From Naegleria gruberi (Eukaryota): 64,000 nt of DNA. This document shows positions 1 to 10,268 of this stretch, piece by piece. The notes under the pieces are model-generated. The model did not search any database. It worked only from the letters and a program-made list of their open reading frames with translations, and was not told where the DNA came from. How positions within the stretch are numbered: position 1 is the stretch's first letter; each line of letters begins with the position of its first letter. The DNA lies in NCBI GenBank assembly GCA_000004985.1, contig GG738887.1; one strand, written 5' to 3'. The position numbers and the translations under genes were made by a program.

Positions 1-307
1 TTGCCTCAGTAATATTTGGAATGGATGAATATGGCTTTCATTTTGACTTTGATATTTTACAAAAAATGGCAGATACTATGAACGAATTTGTATTTCTCTT
101 TCCAAAGAATAATATTTAATAATTTGAACAAGCAGTAGCAAAAAATACTCTTGTTCATTGACCTTGGCAATTAGCATTCTAGCTTTGATAGGAGATAATT
201 TTACAGACATAGAAGAGACCCAAAACCTAAACTTATTTTAATATCAATTTGTAATTTTTATATTGAAGGTGAAGTTTCTTTTTATTTTACAAAATTTAAT
301 ATATAAT

Positions 308-1270
308 TTACAAATCAATGGCTGGATAATATTCTTCTGTTTCTTGAGTTTCATTTCTTTGTTTTGGTCTAGTTGGTACATAATTTCCAAAATTGTAATC
401 GCCTCCAATTATGGAATTATCAATAATTTCAGAAAATGATTTTTCAAGAGGATTAAATGGACATGAATTTTCACCTCTTTCATTCTTTAGTGGTAAATAT
501 TCTTCCTTTCTTTGACTACTTGCCAATCTTAACCAAAATGCTCTATCAAATGCTTTTAACAATAATTCATCGGACATTCCTTCAGCACTGAGGAAATATT
601 TTGGTAATTTCTCTTGAACTTTCATGTAAAATTCATCCAATTCCTTGTGAGTTTTAAATTGAACACTTTTTTGTGAAGGGAAAATCTTTTTGAGCGATTC
701 TGAAAGTTGAAATTCCATTTTACAATATCCATCATTCTTCAATCTTTGGAAATATAATTTAAGTGATCCAGATAATCTATTTTCTACTCCTAATGTTTGT
801 AATACTTGTGTTACAAAATGTTGACAATTACACTTATCAGTTGAGTAAGTCATTTCACCATTCCATTTACAAATAATATCTCCTAATGAAGTAATAGCAT
901 TATTAATAGATTCTTGTCCTCTAAATGTATGAATATCATAAGCTAATACTGCCTTACTTGAACTTCTGGATCGAATGGTAACAATTGAATTATCTGTCCA
1001 TTCTAAATAAAATGCTCCAAATACTAAAGCTGCATGGAAATAACCATATTCTTGGTTGACTTTACCAAATTTATGAGCTAAACTACGTTGTAATCTGTGA
1101 ACTGTTGTATCACTCAGCTCTGTAATGACTAATTTTAACTTGACAAATGGTGCAGTAATCTTTCTTTTCAGAGGTTGTTGAATTGTTGAAGAGGGATCTA
1201 CAAGTAATGGATCAGCAAGATATGGATTGATCTTTAAAAATAACAATCTTTCACTATATTGTTTTTTCAT
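308..1270 (-). CDS. 3'-terminal exon of a multi-exon gene: LRAT/PLAAT-like acyltransferase domain (circularly permuted NlpC/P60 fold)
   Basis: The ORF has a His motif (FHAALVFGAFYLEW) followed later by a Cys motif (NCQHFVTQVL), matching the NCEHFVTQL motif of the PLAAT/LRAT family. The ORF extends past the likely upstream acceptor, so the 5' boundary is approximate. Confidence 0.6.
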   Translation of the reverse strand: MKKQYSERLLFLKINPYLADPLLVDPSSTIQQPLKRKITAPFVKLKLVITELSDTTVHRLQRSLAHKFGKVNQEYGYFHAALVFGAFYLEWTDNSIVTIRSRSSSKAVLAYDIHTFRGQESINNAITSLGDIICKWNGEMTYSTDKCNCQHFVTQVLQTLGVENRLSGSLKLYFQRLKNDGYCKMEFQLSESLKKIFPSQKSVQFKTHKELDEFYMKVQEKLPKYFLSAEGMSDELLLKAFDRAFWLRLASSQRKEEYLPLKNERGENSCPFNPLEKSFSEIIDNSIIGGDYNFGNYVPTRPKQRNETQETEEYYPAIDL

Positions 1271-1326
1271 AAATGAACCAATTAATAGGTTGATGAGTAT
1301 ATGTTTTGATTAGTATAATATTATAC

Positions 1327-1782
1327 TTACTCGATTACTAAATTTTGGGAAAGAATAATGTAAGCTCTCTCACTTAAATATGGATCAATCTTTCTCAATT
1401 TATCAATACACATTCTAATTCTCTTCAATTCCATTTCTGTCAAATGTTCTCTCTCAATAGGTGGTAAATATTCACATCTTTCAACATTTGAAGCAAAAGA
1501 ATCACTTCTTCCCAATGATGATGGTGTTTCGGTACTCGATAACTTTAAATTATTTGAAAAATCAAATGAAATATCAAATGATTCACCTCCAAATGTTTTT
1601 GGTTCTTCAATTTCTCTCTTGTCATAAATTAAACTTCCCTCATTTGATTCAGATAAAATATTTAGAGAGCTAGTGCTACTCTTCTCCAAACTCTTTTGTT
1701 CAGCAATCGCTCTTTGAAATGTGTGAACTTGACGAAGATGATTAAATAAATTCAATACTCTTCCAGGTGTAATTCCTGTCAT
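1327..1782 (-). CDS. Internal exon of the same gene (Ser-rich linker)
   Basis: Same strand and adjacent. A GTATGT donor lies at its upstream edge and a GTAAGT donor at its downstream edge. The frame is open throughout. Confidence 0.45.
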   Translation of the reverse strand: MTGITPGRVLNLFNHLRQVHTFQRAIAEQKSLEKSSTSSLNILSESNEGSLIYDKREIEEPKTFGGESFDISFDFSNNLKLSSTETPSSLGRSDSFASNVERCEYLPPIEREHLTEMELKRIRMCIDKLRKIDPYLSERAYIILSQNLVIE

Positions 1783-1824
1783 TGAGAAGTATATGTTAAA
1801 TAGTTATTCAATTCACAATTACAA

Positions 1825-2190
1825 TTAACTACGAAAAAGAAACATACCAACTAATTTATCCTTATCACCAGTCACTGCATAATTCCAAATCTTTTCACCA
1901 TTCCATTCAGGATGATTTTCAAAAACATCAATTAAACCATGCATATCACGTGAACACATCCAAATCATTAAATCTTCATGTGTCCATTCAATAATTGGTA
2001 ATTCATATTCAAGAAAATGTTTAGATTGATTTCCACCATTTTGATTGCTATTCGAATGTAGTACTGAATTTAAAATATGTCGATGAGAAGCTAACACTCT
2101 CAATAAGGAAAAATCTGTTGGAATTCCAAGAAAATCTCTGAAATATGAATTTGCATAAATTTGTCCATGTTCCAACATTTCACATAACAA
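1825..2190 (-). CDS. Exon of the same gene encoding a SAM-like domain
   Basis: The motif WTHEDLMIWMCSRDMHGLIDVFENHPEWNGEKIWNYAVTGDKDKL fits the SAM consensus. The exon ends at a GTATGT donor. Confidence 0.5.
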   Translation of the reverse strand: MLCEMLEHGQIYANSYFRDFLGIPTDFSLLRVLASHRHILNSVLHSNSNQNGGNQSKHFLEYELPIIEWTHEDLMIWMCSRDMHGLIDVFENHPEWNGEKIWNYAVTGDKDKLVGMFLFRS

Positions 2191-2391
2191 TATTTGAAAT
2201 TGATTCTTTCTTTCCTCAATTACTTTATCATCAAATCGATCTATTTACATTTATATGAACATTAATATATTTAAAAAATATATTCAATAGTTTACAATCA
2301 ATATATTAAATATTAAATAGTAAATATTAAATATTAAATTTCCATATCAATACAAAAATAACAATAACAACAAACATACTAAATGCATTCT

Positions 2392-2701
2392 TTTCAGGCA
2401 TTTCCGATAACACAACATTCGGCAACTTGACACACAAATCATACAATTCTTTAAATTCCTTAAATCTCCGCGATACTTTAAAATTAATAATTGTCTCACG
2501 AATTCGAGTTGTAATATCGTAGAGTGTTTTTTTAGATAAAAAACCATCACTCTCATCAATTTTATTATCTGTAATAGTGATGGTGATGAATTTGTGTGGA
2601 ATAATTCCGATATCTTGGAAGGCTAGGTCTTCGTGTTCTTCCTCCATTTCAACGTAGTGGTTTTTTTCATCTTGTGAATGTTTGCTAATGTAGTGAAACA
2701 T
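2392..2701 (-). CDS. Probable 5' exon of the same gene with a PX-like motif; start at 2701
   Basis: The start codon follows an A-run. The motif RRFKEFKELYDLCVKLPNVVLSEMPEKNAF resembles the PX RR(Y/F)S(D/E)F...LP...P segment. A GTATGT donor lies near 2392. The 3' boundary is approximate. Confidence 0.4.
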
Positions 2702-2993
2702 TTTTTTTTTTTAGGAGTTTCGAATAGAGTTGATTTTTAAAGGTCAACGAATGAGATTTTTAGTGAACACCATTTTCGGAGCACGATCTATTTAACATTT
2801 GGAACATGAATTGTAAAGTTGTTTATTCGAATATTTAAATAAACTTCAGTGCAATAACATTTAAATTGTACAAAATTGTTACGTACTTTACAAAGAAAAT
2901 TAAATTTTCAAGATGAACTTGCAAATAAATTCTTTAAAAAAAAATATCTTCACATGATTGAACCCATTCACTATATACACACACAATCTAAAA

Positions 2994-4583
2994 ATGAATG
3001 ATATTGATAAAGTTAATATTTTATTAATTAATGATATTTGTTATGAAATATTGGAATGGTTAGAATTTCAGGAAATTATTTGTACTTGTTCACTCGTTTG
3101 TAAAAAGTGGAATGAAATTTCCCGATCAGCATGTAAAATTCACATCCGAATAGAAACTAAATTAATGTTTCAAAATTTACTTTTCACATTGGAAAAATTC
3201 AATAATAATTTAATGTATTATCATATTCATGGATTAACATTTTCATTTTCAAAGGCAATTTCAGATAAAACGAATTTAATTTCCATTGAGAAATTAATGC
3301 CAAATTTAATACATTTAGATATTTATGGAAGTGATATTGAAGATAGTGGAGTTGCTTGTTTATGTAAATTAAAAGAATTGAAAATATTGAATATTGGTAG
3401 TAACAAATTAACATCTAAGGGAAGAGGAATAGAAATGATAAGCAAGTTTATGAAATGTTTAACAAATTTGGATATTTCTTTTAATTCTTTGGGAAATTCT
3501 GGTATGAAACAATTAAAATTGGATAAATTGACCGATTTGAATGTTTCATATTGTGATATAGATGCAACAGGCATTCAATTTATTAGAAATATGACTTGTC
3601 TTATCAAGCTCAATATTTCAGGTAATAATATTAATTGTAAAGGTGCTTTGTTGCTTTCCAATTTGAAGAATTTACAAGAACTTGATATTGCGTCTGCCTG
3701 TTTAAAAGAAGAAGGGGCTAAACATATTTCTCGAATGGATAATTTAAAGTTTCTCTCTATTTCACATAATCAAATTCTTAATGGTGGAGCCAAGGCCATT
3801 TCATCACTTTCTAAATTGGAAATATTGCATATTTCGAATTGTGATATTGGATGTGAAGGTCTTCAATATATTTCAAAGAATTTGAAAAACCTTACTGAAA
3901 TTGATATTGGAGGCAATCATTTTGGGATGGATGGTGTTATTGTAATTGCCTCCATGAATAATCTGAAAGTACTTTCAATAGCTGAAAGCTGTTTAGGTTT
4001 ACTTGGAGTTCAATATTTATCCAAAATGGAAAATTTGACCTATCTTAATATTTCAGATAATATTGACGATATTTTTATTGGAGAGTCGATTAATGATTTA
4101 CAAAATTTAACAACATTATTGTATACAAATAATAGTCTTTCTATGGATGAAGCTATTACAATTAGTTCACTAACTCAACTTACAACACTTAATATTGAAT
4201 CAACAGAGATCAGTGATGTACATATTGAAATATTATGTAGCTCACTTCATCATTTAATCAATCTATATGCAGATACCAATTTCATTACAAGTTGGGGAGT
4301 TAAACTAATTAGTGAATCAATGATTGATTTAGAAAGTTTATATTTGAGTGGTAATAGAATTGGAGATGAAGGATTAACATATATTTGTTCCCTTCAACAT
4401 TTGAGAATTCTTGGAGTTTGTAATTGTGAAATTGGGGATAGAGGTGTGCAAGTATTGGTTAATTGTGCCCCAAAAAAATTAAGGGAACTTTTAATTGATT
4501 GTAATGAAAATATTACTTCAAAAGGATGTAAATTAATATATTCAATACCTCAATTAAATTCTATTTATTTAGAAAATAATTAA
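2994..4583 (+). CDS. F-box/LRR-repeat protein (RNI-like leucine-rich repeats)
   Basis: An N-terminal F-box-like segment (ICYEILEWLEFQEIICTCSLVCKKWNEIS) is followed by more than 15 RNI-type LRRs (LDISFNSLGNSGMKQL, LNISGNNINCKGALLL and similar). The ATG at 2994 follows an A-run. The ORF caller started at an upstream in-frame TTG, which I discounted. Confidence 0.7.
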   Translation: MNDIDKVNILLINDICYEILEWLEFQEIICTCSLVCKKWNEISRSACKIHIRIETKLMFQNLLFTLEKFNNNLMYYHIHGLTFSFSKAISDKTNLISIEKLMPNLIHLDIYGSDIEDSGVACLCKLKELKILNIGSNKLTSKGRGIEMISKFMKCLTNLDISFNSLGNSGMKQLKLDKLTDLNVSYCDIDATGIQFIRNMTCLIKLNISGNNINCKGALLLSNLKNLQELDIASACLKEEGAKHISRMDNLKFLSISHNQILNGGAKAISSLSKLEILHISNCDIGCEGLQYISKNLKNLTEIDIGGNHFGMDGVIVIASMNNLKVLSIAESCLGLLGVQYLSKMENLTYLNISDNIDDIFIGESINDLQNLTTLLYTNNSLSMDEAITISSLTQLTTLNIESTEISDVHIEILCSSLHHLINLYADTNFITSWGVKLISESMIDLESLYLSGNRIGDEGLTYICSLQHLRILGVCNCEIGDRGVQVLVNCAPKKLRELLIDCNENITSKGCKLIYSIPQLNSIYLENN

Positions 4584-4689
4584 TTATGGATTTTAATAAA
4601 GGAAAATCCTAAAAATTTCGACAAGTTCAATTAAATGAAAAATATTTATGATTAAAATTACAATTTTATTATGAATTTTATTTAAATAT

Positions 4690-6402
4690 TTAATTAATAA
4701 TAACAATCAATACCATCATCACCATCATTGAAAATAAAACTATAAACTTTCCATTAAATTGATTTCCACTTGAAATTCTTGTACTGTTCGTTGCAATTTT
4801 AGAACTATTCTTTGGTGTTATTGAATTTGTACCATTATTATTACCAAGTGAATTCTCTGGTTGAGTTGATTCTTTTGAAAATGTAAATTTAACAATTCTC
4901 AAATTAGTTTGTACATCTATGGTAATATTTTCCAAATCTTTAGGAAGAGTATTATTAATAATAATATTAGAAAGTGGATCATAGACAATGAAACTAGTAA
5001 TGTTATATCCTGTTAATTTGATCATATCCTTAATTGGTTGTGAGTTCAATTTAATTCCATTAGAAATTTGATTTCCCCAATAAAACCACAGCAAAGATCC
5101 TTCTCCATTATGAACAGTTACTGAATGCATATTTCCTGGATCATTTGTTGGAGTGAAAACATTTGAAACTCCATATAATTGCTTTCTTTCTCCAATAAAT
5201 TGTAAATAATTCAATAAAGCAAAATAGGAAGGTTTAGCCATTTGTTGAATATTTTCCCAATTTGATTTAGATGAATCAATTGTAATATTATTTCTCAACA
5301 TTCCATAATAGGTATCTCTTTGAGAAGCTCCAATACTAGTTGGAAAATCAAACATTGCAAATTGATAAACTCTATCAAAACATAAATGCATTAAAATTGT
5401 CAAACGTCTGAGAATGTAATCAGCTTGAACTTTTTCTGAAATGAATGGTTGTTCAGAGAAATCAGTTGTATAAGTTGACCAACCCCATTCTGTTGCAAAT
5501 ATTCTTTTACCATACTTGGCTAATAAAGGATATGCAATTTCCTTTGCTTTTGTTTCAAAATCATAAACATCTGATGAAACACTTCCTTCAGGTGTTGCAT
5601 AATAAGGATGATATGCAACAATATCACATTTATCATATGCTCCCAAAGGTTCCAATGCATAAAACATTGGTGTTTGTGAATGATATGGCATTTCACTAAA
5701 ATAAGCCATGCCTGCCATTGAAATTTTCACATTTTTCATTGAGGAATATTCAGGATTTGATGTATTGGAAATGAATGTTTGAACTCTATCATAGGATTCT
5801 CTAAGTAAATTTGTATAATTTTGAGGATTTTCCATTGGCATCCAAAAGGCAGGTAAATTAACTTCATTCCAAATTTGAACAATTTCTAATCCTTTCTTTG
5901 CATATCTTTCAATTAACCAAACAAGTCTATCTGTATATGGTGTTATACTAGTTGGTGGATAAGTATCTGATTTACTAGTTGTTGGATCTGAACTAATCCA
6001 TGGTGCACTTCCACTGAAAAAGAATAAACTCTTAATTCCATTTTTAGATAATTTGTCCATTGCCAAATCAACTCTAGCTAAATAAACATCATATAATTGA
6101 TTTCGAATAGGTTCAAGTAATGCCCAATGAATTGGTATTCTAATATGTGTAATATTAACTCTCTTTAAACTTTCAATCATTAAATCATAACTAAATAAAG
6201 AATTATCATAAAATGGAAATGGAAGATTTGTTGCTAGAAATTCTGGAATTGAAATGTTAGTTGTAGTTGATAATGGATTTGCATTCAATGAACATTTAAT
6301 AGTATTATGCGGAGATACAGTTGCATGAACATGATGTGAATTAACAATCATGCAAAATAAAAATACTACTACTATTAAAACTGTCAATTGTCTAGTCGAC
6401 AT
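4690..6402 (-). CDS. Membrane-anchored glycoside hydrolase, clan GH-A (cellulase/GH5-like (beta/alpha)8 fold)
   Basis: The N-terminus is a signal peptide (MSTRQLTVLIVVVFLFCMIVNSHHVHA). The motif IVQIWNEVNLPAFW is the acid/base NE(P/V) region and IFATEWGWS is a nucleophile TEW region. The C-terminus is a hydrophobic anchor. The ATG at 6402 follows A10. Confidence 0.6.
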   Translation of the reverse strand: MSTRQLTVLIVVVFLFCMIVNSHHVHATVSPHNTIKCSLNANPLSTTTNISIPEFLATNLPFPFYDNSLFSYDLMIESLKRVNITHIRIPIHWALLEPIRNQLYDVYLARVDLAMDKLSKNGIKSLFFFSGSAPWISSDPTTSKSDTYPPTSITPYTDRLVWLIERYAKKGLEIVQIWNEVNLPAFWMPMENPQNYTNLLRESYDRVQTFISNTSNPEYSSMKNVKISMAGMAYFSEMPYHSQTPMFYALEPLGAYDKCDIVAYHPYYATPEGSVSSDVYDFETKAKEIAYPLLAKYGKRIFATEWGWSTYTTDFSEQPFISEKVQADYILRRLTILMHLCFDRVYQFAMFDFPTSIGASQRDTYYGMLRNNITIDSSKSNWENIQQMAKPSYFALLNYLQFIGERKQLYGVSNVFTPTNDPGNMHSVTVHNGEGSLLWFYWGNQISNGIKLNSQPIKDMIKLTGYNITSFIVYDPLSNIIINNTLPKDLENITIDVQTNLRIVKFTFSKESTQPENSLGNNNGTNSITPKNSSKIATNSTRISSGNQFNGKFIVLFSMMVMMVLIVIIN

Positions 6403-6711
6403 TTTTTTTTTGAAGATGATAAGATCTTGTCCCAAATCACCAACAATAATGACTTTACAACGGAAGGAAGGACACAATGTTGTTTTATAATGTATCTTAG
6501 AAACCATTTCCACTTCCAAATTTGTACATTCGTGAAATAATAAATTGTTATTTATTATTCCATTGTAACACTGATAACGTTCACATGATGATGTTCCAAT
6601 GTTCTAATATCTCCGTATTCAAATTCATTCAATCTTTTAATTGTCCATTGTAATAATGATTGTACCATACACTTTACAAATTATTGAAAATTAATTTTTA
6701 CAATACTACTA

Positions 6712-7797
6712 CTACAAACGAGGTTTTTCACCCCTTTTAGGAGCATTAGGATTCAAAATATAATTACATGAAAGTAATGGATACAAAGTAACTGCCTTCT
6801 TTGGACATAATGCAATAATTGGATAATAAATAACATTATCCTCCATAGATGATTCAATGGTCATGACATGAACTCCATTTCTGAAAAAGTAAACTAAATT
6901 TTCCTCAAAATTAATATAAAGTGAAAATCTTTCACCAATTTTAACAATTTCAGTGTCGATAATATTGGAAGCATCTGAAATGTGATTCCCAAGTATTTTA
7001 ACTCTTTTACTATCAACTATATATGCAAATCCCTTATTTTCTCTCAAATATTGAGTGGTAGACTTGTCATTATTAAATGTATTAAAATCAATTCCAATTC
7101 CAAATAAAATTCTCCATGAATTTTGACATGCAAAATATTCATTAATAACAATTTCATATCCCTTGAATGTAAATAGACCATTGACTTGTTCAATTCTATT
7201 TGTCAAGTAATAATTTTGACATAGAAATGAATTCCAATCTTTGATATCATTATTTCTAATATATCTTCCATTTATAGTAACTCCAGTATCTGATTTTTCA
7301 CAAGTAGCTTCCTCTTGATATTTAAATTTAATTTCAAGTAATTGTTTAACCAAATCTCTATAATTGTTTTCTCCATCTTTAAATAATTGTTTTTTAATAT
7401 ACGAATCTAAACTATTCTCTGTAAAATTATCCAGCATACTCGTGTATACAAAATGATTAGTAATATTTTCATTGATTTGATCAACCCATAGATTCATTAA
7501 ACCTTTCAATTTTGATTTCCAAAGTGAGTTTCTATATCCAGAATATTCATCATCTGAATTCATTGATTTTCCTCCTCCTCCAAATATTAAATGATTATAA
7601 AAATGATTCACTTGAGCCAATGATTGTAAACTATCACCTGAGCAATACCATAAAATATGAACTCTAATTTCCAATGGAAGATCTTCAAATAATAATAAAC
7701 AATATTCATCATTCGTACGAGTAATACAATCATTAGCAATATCATCAACATCACCACCTAATACAATCATCATTAGTAGCATGATGATCAACATCAA
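6712..7797 (-). CDS. F-box/SPRY (B30.2) domain protein
   Basis: An F-box-like segment (LPLEIRVHILWYCSGDSLQSLAQVNHFYNHLI) is followed by SPRY-like strands (WRILFGIGIDF, GFAYIVDSKRVKILGNH, LYINFEENLVYFFRNG). Confidence 0.6.
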   Translation of the reverse strand: MMLIIMLLMMIVLGGDVDDIANDCITRTNDEYCLLLFEDLPLEIRVHILWYCSGDSLQSLAQVNHFYNHLIFGGGGKSMNSDDEYSGYRNSLWKSKLKGLMNLWVDQINENITNHFVYTSMLDNFTENSLDSYIKKQLFKDGENNYRDLVKQLLEIKFKYQEEATCEKSDTGVTINGRYIRNNDIKDWNSFLCQNYYLTNRIEQVNGLFTFKGYEIVINEYFACQNSWRILFGIGIDFNTFNNDKSTTQYLRENKGFAYIVDSKRVKILGNHISDASNIIDTEIVKIGERFSLYINFEENLVYFFRNGVHVMTIESSMEDNVIYYPIIALCPKKAVTLYPLLSCNYILNPNAPKRGEKPRL

Positions 7798-7922
7798 GGC
7801 TTCTTGTTTCGTTTCGTTGTAGTGGTAATGATGGTGGTGATGACATTTTTTATTTGTTCTATTAATAGAAAAAGTTCATCATTTTATTTTAAAGTCTTTG
7901 ATCGGAAGAATTAGAAAAAAAA

Positions 7923-9374
7923 ATGTCAACATCATCATTACATAATTGTGATGATCAAAACAAAAAAATAACAATTAATTCATTTTCACGTGATGATCTA
8001 ATATCTATTTGTTCATTTTTATCACCTTCTGATATTTTTAGATTTTCCCAAATTAATCAATTTTATTATTTTAATTTATTTGAATTTTCTAAATATAATC
8101 AATTAATTTCATATTTTCAAAAACAAGTTATTAATCATATTGAAAAGAAAATTAAATTATTTTTCTATTCACAAGATGAATTTAATTTTTTAATGAAAAT
8201 TAAAAATTATAAAATTAAAACTAGAAGTGAAATGAAAAAATGTGTAAAATTGGCAATTAAATTAAATTATTTATTATTAAATGATGAAAATTGTGAAGAT
8301 TGTGAATTTTTAATTAATACACCTGGAAATTGTTTATTAAATTTGAAAGAAAATGAAATGAATGAACAGGTGACAGATCAAAATACTAATCAAATTGAAA
8401 ATTTATGGATGAATCAATTTGGTAAATTATTTAATTCTATTAATTTCAACAATTTTAATGAAATTAAAAAAGATACCACTTATCTCATTCATGGTTTTAG
8501 AACTAGTTCAATAATTACAATCAATTCAATTGAACAAATTAACAAATTAACAACATTTTCATTATTATATGATAAATCTATTGATTATCAATATATTCGT
8601 TCAGATTCTATTATTAAAAATTATTTATCTAAAAGTAAGAAACGTTACAAATTCAAATATCAATTACAAGATTTGAGTAGTTTATTATTTGTACATGAAA
8701 TTCAAATTCCAAAACGTGAATTTATTATTAAAACTCCTAAACATGTTGCATTTTCAAGGGGTATTTTAAAACCCTACCAAAACAAACCAAATCATTTGAG
8801 AATTTTAAATTCCAATAATATTAATCATCAATATTATACTCAATTACTTCCTCCTCAATTAATTCCACATTATTTTGTTAATGAATTTCTACCAACATGT
8901 GGAACAATTGGATATTTCATACTATATGTATATTTAAATTCTAAAACATTTGGATTTATCAAATATGAACATATCATTGGTCGTTATCCAAATTCATTTT
9001 TAAAATTTTTTGGAATTTTATGTTTTTATTGTTGTGTTGGAGCATTTACATTTGTAAAGGTACATGACAGTGCTAAACCTTATTATAAATATTTGATACA
9101 TGTGTCAATGATTCCATTTATTTCGAGTTGTTACATGAAATGGAAAGGAATTGAATTGAAAAATATAAATAGTAATGTGATACCATTTTTGGAAACTGAA
9201 CATAATTTTATATGTGCTCTTCAAATAATAATGATGCTATTTAGAAGTTACAAGTTGTGGTTTTGGGCTAGTTCAGTATGGAGAAATTTTAAACAATTAA
9301 ATGTGAAAAAAATTGGAAGAGAAATTTTTAATGAATTGAAAAGAAATTTCACACAATTCTTTTTTAGAAAGTAA
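7923..9374 (+). CDS. Hypothetical protein with an N-terminal F-box-like motif and C-terminal TM helices
   Basis: The motif DLISICSFLSPSDIFRFSQINQFYY is F-box-like. There are several hydrophobic C-terminal segments. The ORF is 483 codons long and starts after an A-run. Confidence 0.5.
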   Translation: MSTSSLHNCDDQNKKITINSFSRDDLISICSFLSPSDIFRFSQINQFYYFNLFEFSKYNQLISYFQKQVINHIEKKIKLFFYSQDEFNFLMKIKNYKIKTRSEMKKCVKLAIKLNYLLLNDENCEDCEFLINTPGNCLLNLKENEMNEQVTDQNTNQIENLWMNQFGKLFNSINFNNFNEIKKDTTYLIHGFRTSSIITINSIEQINKLTTFSLLYDKSIDYQYIRSDSIIKNYLSKSKKRYKFKYQLQDLSSLLFVHEIQIPKREFIIKTPKHVAFSRGILKPYQNKPNHLRILNSNNINHQYYTQLLPPQLIPHYFVNEFLPTCGTIGYFILYVYLNSKTFGFIKYEHIIGRYPNSFLKFFGILCFYCCVGAFTFVKVHDSAKPYYKYLIHVSMIPFISSCYMKWKGIELKNINSNVIPFLETEHNFICALQIIMMLFRSYKLWFWASSVWRNFKQLNVKKIGREIFNELKRNFTQFFFRK

Positions 9375-9422
9375 ACAACAATATTAATAATATTAATAAT
9401 AAATTATTTGTATATGATTAAT

Positions 9423-10000
9423 TTACAATAAATATTGAGAAATTCCAAAAATGATAAAAATTACCATAAAAGTGTAAATGAAATAATTTCCATTTCTAAT
9501 AGCACCATTAACACTAGTTCTATTCACAAATGATTGACCTGTTGTAGGTTGAATTGGTGTTGGATTTACAACATCACTTGATTTCTTTTGAGCCAAATAA
9601 AATTGTTTACAATTTCCATTTTCTCCTTGAGTTAATAAATATCCAAATGCAGGATAATAATAAGCATATCCAAATGAATCAATTGCTTTAACATAATATT
9701 TTCTACATGTTGCTGTAGAGTTGACTGAAGTTGTAAATTCAAAAGTTCCCATTCCATTTGCTGATTTATCATCAAATTGATTAGTGACAGGTAATGTCAT
9801 GGTATATCCCTTATCATCAATGAATAATTGAATGGATTTTAATTGTTTGGAATTGGTAATATCATATTTATGATAATAATTAGCTAAAAATGTTAATTGA
9901 CCAGATGTTAAAATTAAATGTGAAACTGAAACAATTGGATTTGAAATACCATGTGAACCTGATACAAAGTTTTGAGTCCAATAATCTGAATAATCAGCAT
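9423..10000 (-). CDS. Exon 3 of a secreted or GPI-anchored Cys-containing protein (possible CAP/SCP-like)
   Basis: An acceptor ..tatag joins this exon in frame. The exon ends in a C-terminal hydrophobic tail. Confidence 0.45.
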
Positions 10001-10041
10001 CTATATAACTTTAAATATTAGTAATTTAATATAAAACTTAC

Positions 10042-10183
10042 TATTCAATTTAGGAAAATAACCAACTCCTAATAAAGAAAAAGAACCAAGAATATTAGCA
10101 CGATGTAAATCTGAATTAATCCATGTCATTGTAACATCGAGAGGAGTTGTTTGACCTGCTGCAATATTTTCAGCCATTCCAAT
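10042..10183 (-). CDS. Exon 2 of the same gene
   Basis: The exon is bounded by an acceptor taaacag and a GTAAGT donor. It contains GMAENIAAGQ..DVTMTWINSD, which resembles the CAP domain GENLA..AV.LW segment only weakly. Confidence 0.45.
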
Positions 10184-10268
10184 CTGTTTATATATTTCAC
10201 ACGATAGACGAATAGTCATTTCACACACAAGTCAGAACTTAGTAAAAATGTTGAGCTCAATAACTTAC

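Noticed and set aside
1461-1673. Short ORFs antisense to or nested in larger genes, for example 1461..1673, 3199..3414, 3323..3574, 5445..5699, 11353..11787, 15371..15553, 22792..23175, 24436..24964, 37778..38048 and 48902..49343
   Set aside because: They overlap well-supported genes on the opposite strand or in another frame. They have no start context or splice support. They encode low-complexity peptides of the kind expected by chance in AT-rich or repeat-coding DNA.
2958-2993. TTG/GTG-initiated extensions reported by the ORF track, for example 2958, 19611, 26629, 27252, 35897, 47084, 55479 and 55762
   Set aside because: These are artefacts of permissive start rules. In each case the residue is internal to an exon or the true ATG lies downstream in an A-rich context.
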